Of a stretch of 51,537 bases of DNA, positions 34,800-44,602 are shown one piece after another. Position numbers and translations under genes: made by a program. The notes under the pieces were generated by a model. It was not told the origin of the DNA, made no database searches, and was given only the letters and a program-made list of their open reading frames with translations. The first letter of the stretch is position 1. Each line of letters opens with the position of its first letter. Location of the stretch: positions 1-51,537 of the forward strand of contig CAMYOO010000008.1 in the NCBI GenBank assembly GCA_947260035.1. Reading direction: 5' to 3'. The stretch comes from an uncultured delta proteobacterium (lineage in GTDB: Bacteria; Myxococcota_A; UBA9160; JAFDET01).

Positions 34800-36083
34800 C
34801 TACTTCTTCTTGAAGGGAAGGCCGGTGAGTCCGGGCTTGACGTCGGTGCCGTTGGCCTTGTTGAACTCCGCGATCAGCTCGTTGGTCACCCGCGCCGACT
34901 CGGGCTCGACTCCGGAGAGGCTGAACTCCGTCCACTGGTAGGCGGTCATGGAGTCGGGCGGCTGCTTGGTGCGCTGCACGGGAGCCGGGAAGCTCTCGTG
35001 GTTGGGCACGCCCATCCGCGAGCGGATCCCATCCTTGGTGACGTTCCAGACCATGAAGTCGGTCGCCAGGTCGAGCGGACCATCGTAGGTCTTGCGGATC
35101 TCGCTCAGCACCACCGGCGCCGTGTCGAAGTCGTTCTGGAAATGGTAGCAGACGGCGTGACGCGGCTTGGTCAGCGACATGATCTTGCCGAACGCCTGGG
35201 CCGCGGTGTGGCCCTGGGTTCCCACGTAGACCGCCTCGGACGGCGCCATTCCATAGCGCGCCATCATCATCTGCGGCGGGATGAAGCACTCGTGGATCGA
35301 GAGGTCCACGTTGGTGGCGTGCTCCCGCCACCACTTGTTGGGCAGCGTGTCGCTGGAGAATGCGAAGCGCAAGCCGTTCCACTCCAGGATGAAGCTCACC
35401 GACTGGTCGAGGTGGATTGCCGGCAGCGTCCGGATCACGACGCCGTTCTCGTTGTAGATGACGGTGTTGACGCCCATCCAGTCGAACTCGTTGACCTGGA
35501 GCTCCAGCCCGCGCGGATCGACCGCGCTGCCGCGACCCGCCTTCTCCCAGGCCCACTGCTCCTGCATCTTGGCGGCCCAGGTCTTGGTGCCCCACTCCGG
35601 CTTCACTCCGCTGGGTCCCCAGACGCGCAGCGGAGTCAGCCGGTTGTTGACCGGGCCGGTGAAGTAGAAGGCCGGGAAGTCGCCGGCGTGGTCCAGGTGC
35701 AGGTGGCCCAGGAAGACCTTGTCGAGCTGATCCAGCGGAATGCCCAGTGCCATGATCCGCTCGAAGGAGCCCTCGCCCATGTCGAAGATGAACTTGTCGC
35801 CGTTGCCGAGCTCCACCAGGAAGCACGCGGCGGCCTGCTTGAGCCGCGGCTGGGGCATTCCGGTTCCGCAGGCGATCACGCGCATCTCATCGGGCGCCAG
35901 GGCCTCGGTGCCCGGGAAGTAGACCTCGTGCTGGGGGAAGGGCTGGGTGCGCGACCACTCGCTCGGCCCGGCCGAGGCAGCGCCGGCCGTTCGCACACGG
36001 ACGTCCACTTCCAGGCCCCAGACCGCCAGGCCCAGGATCAGCAGCGCCGCTGCGGCGGCAAGAAAACGATTGGAAACCTTCAT
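34800..36083 (-). CDS. Secreted metallo-beta-lactamase-fold hydrolase (RNase Z-like / GntH-like subgroup)
   Basis: HLHLDHAGD (HxHxDH) motif and an N-terminal signal/TM segment. Confidence 0.8.
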   Translation of the reverse strand: MKVSNRFLAAAAALLILGLAVWGLEVDVRVRTAGAASAGPSEWSRTQPFPQHEVYFPGTEALAPDEMRVIACGTGMPQPRLKQAAACFLVELGNGDKFIFDMGEGSFERIMALGIPLDQLDKVFLGHLHLDHAGDFPAFYFTGPVNNRLTPLRVWGPSGVKPEWGTKTWAAKMQEQWAWEKAGRGSAVDPRGLELQVNEFDWMGVNTVIYNENGVVIRTLPAIHLDQSVSFILEWNGLRFAFSSDTLPNKWWREHATNVDLSIHECFIPPQMMMARYGMAPSEAVYVGTQGHTAAQAFGKIMSLTKPRHAVCYHFQNDFDTAPVVLSEIRKTYDGPLDLATDFMVWNVTKDGIRSRMGVPNHESFPAPVQRTKQPPDSMTAYQWTEFSLSGVEPESARVTNELIAEFNKANGTDVKPGLTGLPFKKK

Positions 36084-36174
36084 GAAACCCCCTCAGTTGC
36101 CGGCGGCGCAATGTTGTTCCACCGTCCTGCTCGGGAAAACCGTGAAACGGCAAGATTTCCCCGAGGGAAACAGC

Positions 36175-37119
36175 GTGATCCCCCAAGTCAAGCTAGAGCC
36201 CGGCGCGGATCTGGATCCGCTGGTCGAGGCACTGCGCGGCTGGGACCTGGAGCTGAACCCGCTCGGCCCGGCACGAGGCCCGTCCAGCGTGAGCGCGGTC
36301 GCCGGCGAGTGCTTCGTGGCCATGCGCATCGAGATCGGAGCGGCAACTCGCCAGATCGGAGCGTCGCCCCCCGGCCTGCGAACCTTCGGGCTTCCCGAAG
36401 GAAGCGACGAAGTCACGCGCTGGTGCGGCCACGCTGTGGGGCGCCGGCATCTATCGGTGTTCGACTCGGCCGGCGACTTCCGCGCGACGGCGCGGGCCGG
36501 CTTCGGCGCACAGCTCTGCTCGATCTCCGACGAGCGGCTGGCCGGCGCATGCGCTGAGCTGGGTCTCCCGGAACCGGACCGCCTGCTCGGCAGCTCGGCG
36601 CAGGTGTTCGACTGCCCGGCCGGGTCCCTCGAGATCCTGCGCGCTCGTCTGCAGCAACTCCCCAGCATGGTGGAGGCATCAAACCCCCTCGTCCTGGGTC
36701 AGGTTGGCAATGAGATCGCCTCGCAGCTGGTACAGGCGGCCGCCGCCGGCCGCGAGCTCAGGCTGCGCATCGACCTGCGCCGCAGCCAGCGCGTTCTGGA
36801 CGAGGCGCTGGCCGCGATCCATCAGGAGCCCCGGGCCGCGCACAGCGTGCGCGCCCTGTGCGAGCACACCGGCGCCAGCGAGCGCACCCTGCGCCACGCT
36901 TTTCAGCGGCGCTTCGGAGTCCCGCCGGTCACCTACCTGCGGTCGCTGCGCCTCAACGGCGCCCGGCGCGAGCTGCGGGACGCGGACCCGTCGCTCGAGA
37001 CCGTCACCCGCGTGGCGCAGCGCTGGAACTTCCGCAACGCAGGCGACTTCGCCGCCCACTACACGCGGCTCTTCGGCGAGCGGCCCTCGGAGACCCTGCG
37101 CCGGTCCGCGCGCCGCTAG
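36175..37119 (+). CDS. AraC/XylS-family transcriptional regulator
   Basis: C-terminal double HTH (SVRALCEHTGASERTLRHAFQRRFGVPPVTYLRSLRLNGARREL...VAQRWNF.NAGDFAAHYTRLFGERPSETL). Start GTG 36175 has GAGGGA 8 nt upstream. The ATG at 36082 would overlap the divergent gene's start codon. Confidence 0.82.
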   Translation: MIPQVKLEPGADLDPLVEALRGWDLELNPLGPARGPSSVSAVAGECFVAMRIEIGAATRQIGASPPGLRTFGLPEGSDEVTRWCGHAVGRRHLSVFDSAGDFRATARAGFGAQLCSISDERLAGACAELGLPEPDRLLGSSAQVFDCPAGSLEILRARLQQLPSMVEASNPLVLGQVGNEIASQLVQAAAAGRELRLRIDLRRSQRVLDEALAAIHQEPRAAHSVRALCEHTGASERTLRHAFQRRFGVPPVTYLRSLRLNGARRELRDADPSLETVTRVAQRWNFRNAGDFAAHYTRLFGERPSETLRRSARR

Positions 37120-37128
37120 GCTGGATTC

Positions 37129-38541
37129 CTAGGCTTTGCGCGTGGCCAGCTTGTGCAGCCGCTCGAACTCCTCGTCCAAGCCGACGGAGAGCTCGTGCAG
37201 GTCTGGCAATGCGTCCCAGTCCGCGTGCAGCCCCCAGTGGAGCGTGCCGTCGTAGCTGAAGAGCGCGATGCCCAGGGCCTGCTGCTGTGCCAGGGGCACC
37301 AGCGGGTAGATCGCATCCATGCGCGCGCCCAGCAGGTAGACCGGACGCGGCGGGCCCGGGACATTGGTGATGACCACGTTGAAGGTGCGCTGCCGCGTGG
37401 CGAAGCGCGCGAAGTTCATCCAGATCATCGGCGCCGTGCGATCCGAGAGATCCTCGATGAGCTGCACGCCGAAGCGTTGCCGAGAGCGCTTGGTCTCCTG
37501 CATGGTCTGGTGAACCATCTTGAGACGCTTCACGGGGTCGCCCTCGCCGATGGGCAGGGCGGCCATCAGCATGATCACGCGGTTGCCGGCCTGGCTATCG
37601 CCGGCCACGCGGGTGCTTACGGGCACCTGGGCGCGGAACGTGGCGTTCTGGACGTCGACGCCCCGGGTCTCCAGGAAGCGCCCCAGGGCTCCGGCCGCCG
37701 TGGACAGCACCACGTCGTTGAGCGTTCCGCCGAAGCGCTTGCGGATCTCACGCACGGCACTCAGGTCGTGCCGGGTCCAGTCGAAGCGCCGGTAGGGACC
37801 GATGTCCTCATTGAGTGGCGTGGACGTCGTGGGCCGCATGCCCATGGCGAGCGTCTCCTGGAGCGCCGCGGCCTGCTCCCATACGCGCCCCACGAACTCA
37901 CGAGGCCGGGTGATCGATCGCAGAGTCTCGCCGACCAGCGCCGCGGGGAAGGACGCCCGGTGCACGACTTCGTCCGCCACCATGCGTGCGCCGTCAGGCG
38001 CCGGCCGCGGGATCCAGCGGCCCGGCGGCTCGATGGTGGCGTCCGGCTCCAGGCGCATCATGCGCGCCAGCAGCTCCATGCCGGAGATGCCGTCCACCAT
38101 GCAATGGTGCGCCTTGGCGATGATGGCGAAGCGGTCGCCCTCCACACCTTCCACGACCCACATCTCCCAGAGCGGCTTCTCGCGGTCGAGCTTCTGGGAC
38201 AGGATGCGGCCGGCCAGGCGCTTCAGCTGGCGCACGCCGCCCGGGCGCGGCAGCGCCGTGTGGCGCACGTGGTAGGTCAGGTTGAAGCGCGGGTCGTCCA
38301 CCCAGACCGGATGGTCGAAGAGCGGGATGCGCGAGAGCTTCTGGCGGAAGCGGGGCGTCTCGCCCAGCGCAGACTCCACCTGATCGCGCACGCGATCCAC
38401 GTCCAGGGCGCCATCAGGCCCCAGCAAGGGGGCCGCTTCGAAGAGCGCGATGGCGGCCACATGCATGTGCACGTTGGCGTCCTCGAGCTCCAGGAACGTG
38501 GCGTCCAGTGCGCTCAGCCGGTCGTAATGCGTATAGGCCAC
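37129..38541 (-). CDS. Wax ester synthase / diacylglycerol acyltransferase (WS/DGAT) family
   Basis: Catalytic motif HHCMVDGISG (HHxxxDG) and a typical N-terminus (LSALDATFLELED...HMHV). GTG 38541 is preceded by GGGAGAGG. Confidence 0.85.
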   Translation of the reverse strand: MAYTHYDRLSALDATFLELEDANVHMHVAAIALFEAAPLLGPDGALDVDRVRDQVESALGETPRFRQKLSRIPLFDHPVWVDDPRFNLTYHVRHTALPRPGGVRQLKRLAGRILSQKLDREKPLWEMWVVEGVEGDRFAIIAKAHHCMVDGISGMELLARMMRLEPDATIEPPGRWIPRPAPDGARMVADEVVHRASFPAALVGETLRSITRPREFVGRVWEQAAALQETLAMGMRPTTSTPLNEDIGPYRRFDWTRHDLSAVREIRKRFGGTLNDVVLSTAAGALGRFLETRGVDVQNATFRAQVPVSTRVAGDSQAGNRVIMLMAALPIGEGDPVKRLKMVHQTMQETKRSRQRFGVQLIEDLSDRTAPMIWMNFARFATRQRTFNVVITNVPGPPRPVYLLGARMDAIYPLVPLAQQQALGIALFSYDGTLHWGLHADWDALPDLHELSVGLDEEFERLHKLATRKA

Positions 38542-38648
38542 GCCTCTCCCTTCGTCCCCCCGACCCTCAAGCTTGTGCGACCCGCGATCCGCGCGCAAGC
38601 TCCCTTCAGCCTGTCTCCGCCCGTGTCGACCAGCTAGGCTGGCCGGTC

Positions 38649-41379
38649 GTGCGTGCGGCCTCTCTCGCAGTCTCGCTGCTGTCGCTTCTCGCCCCGCTCC
38701 AGGCGCCGGCGGCGGAGCTGGTCGCGCAGCGCATGCTGCGGGGCAACACCGCGCGGCTCCAGGTGGGCGGGCCCGACGCCATCGCGGGAGTCGGCGACTG
38801 GGCCCTGCGCAACGGCACCCTGTGCGCCGCCGTGGCGGACCTGGATCACGGCACCGTGCTGTCGCCCCGGGGCGGCGTGCTGGTGGACCTGGGCCACTGC
38901 GGCCGGGCCGACGACCACTTCGTCCTGCTGCAGCCGCTCTTCAACTTCTCGCGGGACAACGTGCCGCCCGCTTCCGAGATCCGCGCCGAGGTCTCGGACG
39001 ACGAAGCCCGCATCGTCACCTCCGGGACCCTGCGCGGGATCCACTTCGAGACGACCTACAGCCTGGACCTCGAGGACCCGGAGCGGCTGCGGGTCGTCTC
39101 TACGCTGGAGCGCAGCGACCCCGGGGTGCGCCTCTCGGTGTTCGGCGACGTCCTGATCCACGGCACGGGCTCCCTGCTGGCCTTCACCGCCCACACACGC
39201 GAACCCGAGCTCTCGATCGGCTACCAGCACCCGCCCGTGGACCCGAACGACGCGCTCACCATGGCGCGGGCAATCCGCGCCGCGGACCTCCAGGTGGCGG
39301 TGGCGGGCGCAGCGCCGGGCATCGCCTACGGCGCCTGGCGCGCCCCGTCGTGGATCGAACGCAGCGACGGGAGCCGCCACGAGCTGCCGTCGATGGCCAT
39401 CAACGGCAAGGACTTCACGATCCTGGGCGTGTTCGCGAACCCCTTCCGGGTGGGAGGCGGCCGGATCGGCCTGCTGGAGCTGGCCCAGCTTCCCCTGATG
39501 GATCTGGCGAAGGGCGAGCGCCTGGTCTTCGAGCGCTGGATCCTGGTGGGCGAGCGCGCGGACGTAGCGTCCATCACCGACCGGATCTGGACGGACGCTC
39601 CCCGGGTCCGCGGGCGGGTGGACGACGCGTCGGCCCGGATCGCCGTGACCCGGGAGGACGGCACGCCCGCCACCGAAGTTCAACCCGACGCCCGCGGGCG
39701 CTTCTCCGTGCGGCTCCCGGCGGGCCGCTACCAGATGACCGCGCGCTCGCCCGACGGCCGCGCGCAGACACGCGCATTGAGCGTCGACGGGCCGCTACCA
39801 GATGACCGCGCGCTCGCCCGACGGCCGCGCGCAGACACGCGCATTGAGCGTCGATGCCGAACGGGACCAGGAGCTGGACGAGATCGCCCTGGGCGCCCCT
39901 GCAACGCTGATCCTCCCCTCGATCGCCCCCGCGCGTCTGGTCTTCCGGGGCGTGGACGGAACCCCGGACCCGCTCCTCTCCAGCGACGGCATCGACCTGC
40001 GCTTCGGCGACACCCCCGTGTACTCCAGCCCCGAGGCCAACCAGGTCTTCCTGGGCGGCTTTCCGAGCGACCTTCGCGAAGTCGTGGTCCCGCCCGGCCG
40101 CTACCGGGTGCTGGCCACCCGTGGCCCCGAATTCGACCTGACCGAGACCCGCGTCGATGCGTCGGCAGGGCAACGCACGCGCATCGATCTGGCCGCGCCC
40201 AAGCGGGTCCTGACGACGCCCGGCTGGGTCTCCGCCGACCTCCACGTCCATGCGGAGGCCAGCGACGATTCCTCGCAGCCCATGGAACGCCAGCTCGCCG
40301 CCTTCCTGGCCGAGGGCGCGGACGTGATCGTCTCCACCGACCACGACCGCGTCAGCGACTTCGGGCCCCTGGCCGCGCAGCTGGGTGTGGCCGGGCGCAT
40401 CGCCAGCCTGGTCGGCTCCGAGGTCACGACCACCGTGATGGGTGAAGAGACGCCCTGGACCGCCGGCCACTACAACGTGTTTCCTCTGCGACGCGACCCC
40501 CTGGCCTATCAGGAAGGCGCGCCGCGCCACGAAGGGCGCCGCCTGCGCTCCGTCATCGGCGACCTGCGCGAGAAGTCGCCCGCGTCCCTGGTGCAGCTCA
40601 ACCATCCGCGAGGCGCGACCCGCGCCAACCTGTGGTTCTTCACCCATCTCTCGGTGGGAAGTGCGTTCGACCCCACCCTCCCCCTCGGCCATCGCAGCAA
40701 CCGCTCGCTGGTGGAGCCGGAACCGGCCCGCGGCATCCGCGACCTGGACTTCCACGCCATGGAGCTGCTGAACGGCAGCAGCATGCTTCGCTACCGCCTG
40801 ACCCGCGCCGACTGGCTCTCGCTGCTGCTCCAGGGCGAGTTCAGGACCGCCACCGCCAACAGCGACACCCACAACGCGCGCCAGATCATCGCGCTGCCGC
40901 GCAACCTGGTCGCGCTTCCCCGAAGTCAGCCGTTCGACCAGCACCGCTTCCTGCAGGCGCTGCGCCGCGGACAGGTCTGCGGAACGACCGGCCCGCTCTT
41001 GGACGTCGACCTGGATGGGGCGGGTCCGGGGCAGCGGCGCACCGCCCCCACCGGAGAGCTTCGCATCGGGGTGCGCGCGGCTCCGTGGATCCCGGTCTCG
41101 CGGGCGCGGGTGTTCGTGAACGGCGACCGCGTCGCCGAACGAGGCATCGCTGCGGGCGAAGAACTTCGCATCCCCCTGACGTTCGCACGCGACGCTTTCG
41201 TATTCGTGGAGGTGGATGGAGAACCCGGCGACCTCTACCGTCAGGTGGCGCCGGGCTTCACGCCATTCGCCTTCTGCAATCCCATCTTCGTAGACGCCGA
41301 CGGCGACGGCGCGTGGGCGCCGCCCGGCCTGCCCGTGACGCCGCCCGCTGCGATCTCGGCCCCGCACTCGGTCTGGTAG
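38649..41379 (+). pseudogene. Secreted CarboxypepD_reg-like + CehA/McbA (PHP-like) metallohydrolase, split by a 67-bp tandem duplication
   Basis: Signal peptide after GTG 38649. GRFSVRLPAGRYQMTARSPDG is Cna-B/carboxypeptidase-regulatory-like. The C-terminal ADLHVHAEASDDS...VSTDHD...NHPRG...ANSDTHN is PHP/CehA-like. Removing one repeat copy gives 2664 nt, an uninterrupted 887-codon ORF. Confidence 0.85.
39721..39854 (+). repeat. Perfect 67-bp tandem direct duplication (39721-39787 = 39788-39854)
   Basis: Base-by-base identity over 67 nt, with flanks diverging at both ends. Because 67 mod 3 = 1, the reading frame shifts. Confidence 0.95.
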
Positions 41380-41392
41380 ACTGAACGGCCCC

Positions 41393-41800
41393 ATGGAAGG
41401 CTGCATCTTCTGCGCCATCGTCGCCGGCCAGACCACGTCGCATCCCATCGCGGAGGACGACGGCGCCTTGGCGTTCATGGATCTCTTCCCGGCCTCCGAA
41501 GGCCACGCCCTGGTGATTCCCAGGGCCCACGCGGAGAACCTCTTCGAGATCGAAGAGACCTGCGTCCGCGCCGTAGCCGGCCTGGCACGACGCGTAGCCG
41601 TGGCCATGCGCAGCGTCCTGGAACCCGAAGGGATGGCCGTCTACCAGGCCAACGGGCGAGCCGCGGGCCAGACGGTCTTCCACTACCACGTGCACCTGAT
41701 CCCGCGGAACGAGGGCTCTCCCCTCACCTTCCACGGACGCGCCCGCGCGGACGACGAGCGTCTGGCCGAGCTGGCGGCGGCCTACGCCGCCAAGCTCTAG
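41393..41800 (+). CDS. HIT-family (histidine triad) nucleotide hydrolase
   Basis: CIFCAIV... and the histidine triad HYHVHLIP. Confidence 0.92.
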   Translation: MEGCIFCAIVAGQTTSHPIAEDDGALAFMDLFPASEGHALVIPRAHAENLFEIEETCVRAVAGLARRVAVAMRSVLEPEGMAVYQANGRAAGQTVFHYHVHLIPRNEGSPLTFHGRARADDERLAELAAAYAAKL

Positions 41801-41853
41801 CGGGCCTGCTGCCCATCGCAGGGCGCAGCGCTGAAAGCCGACGGGCCCGGGTT

Positions 41854-42396
41854 CTACACGTCCAGGCCGGGCAGCCCGTCGATGCTTTGGGTGTTGTTGT
41901 CCCGCTGGTAGTCGACCACCACTTCGCCCTTGACCTTGGCCCAGGCTTCCAGCTGGTCGCGCTGGCCACGATAGTCGTACAGCGGCACGCCGAAGCCGCA
42001 GGAATCCGAGATGCGCGCGACCTCCACACGGACCACCGAGCGCACCCCGTGATGCTCGGGAAAACGCGCAACCAGATCGACGAAATCCGGGTGCTCTGGC
42101 GTGATCGCCTCGCCGCGCCCGTGCAGACGAACGAGAAGAGGCGGCCCCTCGAAGGCACAGAACAGGATCACGATGCGCCCGTTCTCGCGCAGGTGGGCGA
42201 CGGTCTCGATCCCGCTCCCAGTGAGATCGAGATACGCCACTGTGTGCGGTCCGAGTATTGCGAAGGAGTCGAGGCCCTTGGGCGAGAGGTTGACGTGCCC
42301 CTCCGCGGCCAGCGGCGCCGTGGCCACGAAGTACATCTGCTGCTTGCCGATGAACGCGGTCAGGCGCTCGTCGATCTCCTCGTAGACTTTTCCCAT
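41854..42396 (-). CDS. Pyridoxamine 5'-phosphate oxidase-family FMN-binding protein
   Basis: FVATAP..GHVNLSPKG....IL....VAYLDLTGSG.ET..HL.ENGRI is typical of the PNPOx-like split-barrel family. Confidence 0.75.
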   Translation of the reverse strand: MGKVYEEIDERLTAFIGKQQMYFVATAPLAAEGHVNLSPKGLDSFAILGPHTVAYLDLTGSGIETVAHLRENGRIVILFCAFEGPPLLVRLHGRGEAITPEHPDFVDLVARFPEHHGVRSVVRVEVARISDSCGFGVPLYDYRGQRDQLEAWAKVKGEVVVDYQRDNNTQSIDGLPGLDV

Positions 42397-42437
42397 GGGC
42401 TCCTCCGGTCGCGTGCCGGCCCAGCGTAGCGAGCGCG

Positions 42438-43295
42438 TCAGCTCCCGCCCGCCGGCCGGCCCGCCGCGATCCAGCCCAGGTCGTTGAACCCCTGCTGGGA
42501 GAACCCGACCCGCTCGCTCCCCAGCACGCCGCGGAAGATGTCCACGGCGGCATCCGCGTAGCCGGGCTCGGCCCAGTCTCCGAAGCCCAGCTCGCGCAGG
42601 CGCGTCAGGGCCGCGCGGCTGCGCCGGCCACCCGCCCCGTCCCCCTGGAAGAAATCGTCCACCACGACCCGCTCCACCAGCGGGTCGAGCAGCCGCGCAA
42701 GACGGGCCGGATCTCCGGGAAGCAGCGGTGCCACCGCCGCCTGGGTGCGCACGCCGGCCGCGCGCAGCCGGGCCAGGGTCTCGAGCCTCACAGCGGTGCC
42801 CGGGGCGTTGGGCTCCAACGCGCGCCGCACGCGATCGTCGTCGGTGGCCACGGTCACGCTGGCCGCGGCGCCGGGAATCCTCGCCAGCAACGCTGCATCG
42901 CGCACCACGAAGGGGCTGCGGGTCTGCAGCACCAGGGCCCGGGGCGGATGCCTCGCCAGCACCTCCAGGCAGCCGCGGGTAAGCCCCAGGCGCCGCTCCA
43001 AGGGCGTATACGGGTCGGTTACCGACGAGCAGAAGATCCGCGCCTCATCCAGCCGGCCTCGCTCCGCCTCGCGCTGCAAGAGCTCCGGCGCGTTGCGCTT
43101 GGGCGCGATCCAGTGCGACCACGGCAGGCGCTCCGGATTGGTCCTCTGCACCGTCATCTCACGCACGTAGCAGTACACGCACGAGAACTCGCAGCCCGAA
43201 TAGGGTTGGAGGGTGTGCGTATAGCCGGAGAGGTATCCGCCCGTGGGCGTCAGGATCGAGCGGGCCTCGCGTACGATGACCCGTGCGCCGGACAT
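42438..43295 (-). CDS. Radical SAM protein (SplB / DNA-repair-photolyase-like family)
   Basis: CEFSCVYCY (CxxxCxxC) near the N-terminus. Size and pattern resemble the Rv2578c/SplB-like group. Confidence 0.75.
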   Translation of the reverse strand: MSGARVIVREARSILTPTGGYLSGYTHTLQPYSGCEFSCVYCYVREMTVQRTNPERLPWSHWIAPKRNAPELLQREAERGRLDEARIFCSSVTDPYTPLERRLGLTRGCLEVLARHPPRALVLQTRSPFVVRDAALLARIPGAAASVTVATDDDRVRRALEPNAPGTAVRLETLARLRAAGVRTQAAVAPLLPGDPARLARLLDPLVERVVVDDFFQGDGAGGRRSRAALTRLRELGFGDWAEPGYADAAVDIFRGVLGSERVGFSQQGFNDLGWIAAGRPAGGS

Positions 43296-43342
43296 GGCGC
43301 CAGAGTAGCGTCGAAGGCGCGGGCCGTGGCAGCATCGGCGCC

Positions 43343-43651
43343 GTGACCCAGCGCCTCCCAGTCGCCCTGCTCCTGCTCACCGCGTGCGGCAACGGCGATA
43401 CCGGAACCCGGCACATCCGAACCCTGAGCGAAGGCGCCGAGGCGCCCGCACACCTGGAGGTGCTCGACGCCGCAGGCGACCCCCTGGAGCAGCGGCTGTC
43501 GGATGAGGAGATCGGCGAGCAGGCCATCTGGGACTGGATTCCCCATAGCGATGGCGTTTCGGTGGGGCACCTGCGGCGGAACCGCAGCGCGCTGTTGCGC
43601 GCGAGCCGACACGCCAAGGAGCGCTACCGCCAGATCCTGTCCTACAGGTAG
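43343..43651 (+). CDS. Small lipoprotein, unknown function
   Basis: GTG 43343 gives (M)TQRLPVALLLLTACGNG with a lipobox. Non-junk composition. The 3' end overlaps the convergent ilvE by 10 nt. Confidence 0.5.
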   Translation: MTQRLPVALLLLTACGNGDTGTRHIRTLSEGAEAPAHLEVLDAAGDPLEQRLSDEEIGEQAIWDWIPHSDGVSVGHLRRNRSALLRASRHAKERYRQILSYR

Positions 43652-44565
43652 CTGAGCCAGTCGCTGCGCTTGGCGTCGCGCCCGTGGACCACGTCGAAAA
43701 AAGCCTCCTGCAGGGCCTTCGTCGCGGGTCCGCGCGTGCCACTTCCGATGCTTCGCCGGTCCACCTCACGGATCGGCGTGACCTCGGCCGCCGTGCCCGT
43801 CAGGAATATCTCGTCCGCGACGTACAGCTCGTCGCGTGTGATCGAGCGCTCGACGACGGGGATGCCTTGCCCGACGGCCAGCTCCATCACCGTGGCGCGG
43901 GTGATCCCATCGAGCACGTTGGCCAGGGGAGGCGTGAGGATCCCTCCATCGCGAACCACGAAGAGGTTCTCCCCGCTGGCTTCCGCCACCAGGCCCTGGG
44001 TATCCAGCATGATGGCTTCGTCGTAGCCGTCCAGCAGCGCCTCGCGCTTGGCGAGAATGGAGTTCACATAGTCGCCGCAGGTCTTGCCCTTGGTCATCTT
44101 TGCGTTGACGTGGTGGCGCTGGTAGCTGGAGATCTTGGCGCGGATACCGCGCTCCATGCCCTCCTCGCCCAGGTACTTGCCCCAGGCGTACGCGATCACC
44201 CCCAGCCGGATCGGGTTGTCCGCGGGATTGAGTCCCATGGCGCCGTCCCCGACGAAGACCAGCGGGCGGATGTAGCCCTCGTCCAGGTGGTTGGCGCGCA
44301 GGGTCTCGAGGACGGCGTCGCAGACGACTTCCCGAGAGAAGGGAATCTCCATCAGGTTGATGTGGGCCGACTCGAACAGGCGCCGCACGTGCTCCTGAAG
44401 ACGAAACACGGCGGAGCGTCCGTCGGCGGTGCGGTAGGAGCGGATCCCTTCGAAGACGCCGAGCCCATAGTGGAGGGTGTGCGTCAGGATGTGGACCCGA
44501 GCCTCGTCCCAGTCCACCAGGTCGCCGTCGAGCCAGATCTTCTCGCCCGTGACTCCAGCGCTCAT
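43642..44565 (-). CDS. ilvE: Branched-chain amino acid aminotransferase
   Basis: IW.DG.LV.W..A.VH.L.H.LHYG..VFEG.R.Y, the PLP Lys region K....CGDYVNS, and EASGEN.F.V.DG...TP. Confidence 0.95.
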   Translation of the reverse strand: MSAGVTGEKIWLDGDLVDWDEARVHILTHTLHYGLGVFEGIRSYRTADGRSAVFRLQEHVRRLFESAHINLMEIPFSREVVCDAVLETLRANHLDEGYIRPLVFVGDGAMGLNPADNPIRLGVIAYAWGKYLGEEGMERGIRAKISSYQRHHVNAKMTKGKTCGDYVNSILAKREALLDGYDEAIMLDTQGLVAEASGENLFVVRDGGILTPPLANVLDGITRATVMELAVGQGIPVVERSITRDELYVADEIFLTGTAAEVTPIREVDRRSIGSGTRGPATKALQEAFFDVVHGRDAKRSDWLSYL

Positions 44566-44602
44566 GAATTCCCCGTCCTCTCCGGAAACCGGCGGCCGGG
44601 AG

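Noticed and set aside
36082-36174. ATG 36082 as the AraC regulator start
   Set aside because: It would overlap the start codon of the divergent MBL gene (36081-36083), leaving no promoter space. GTG 36175, with GAGGGA upstream, is preferred.
39721-39854. Tandem repeat considered as a CRISPR array or minisatellite
   Set aside because: There are only two copies, directly abutting with no spacers, inside a coding sequence, and no cas genes are present. It is a simple duplication.
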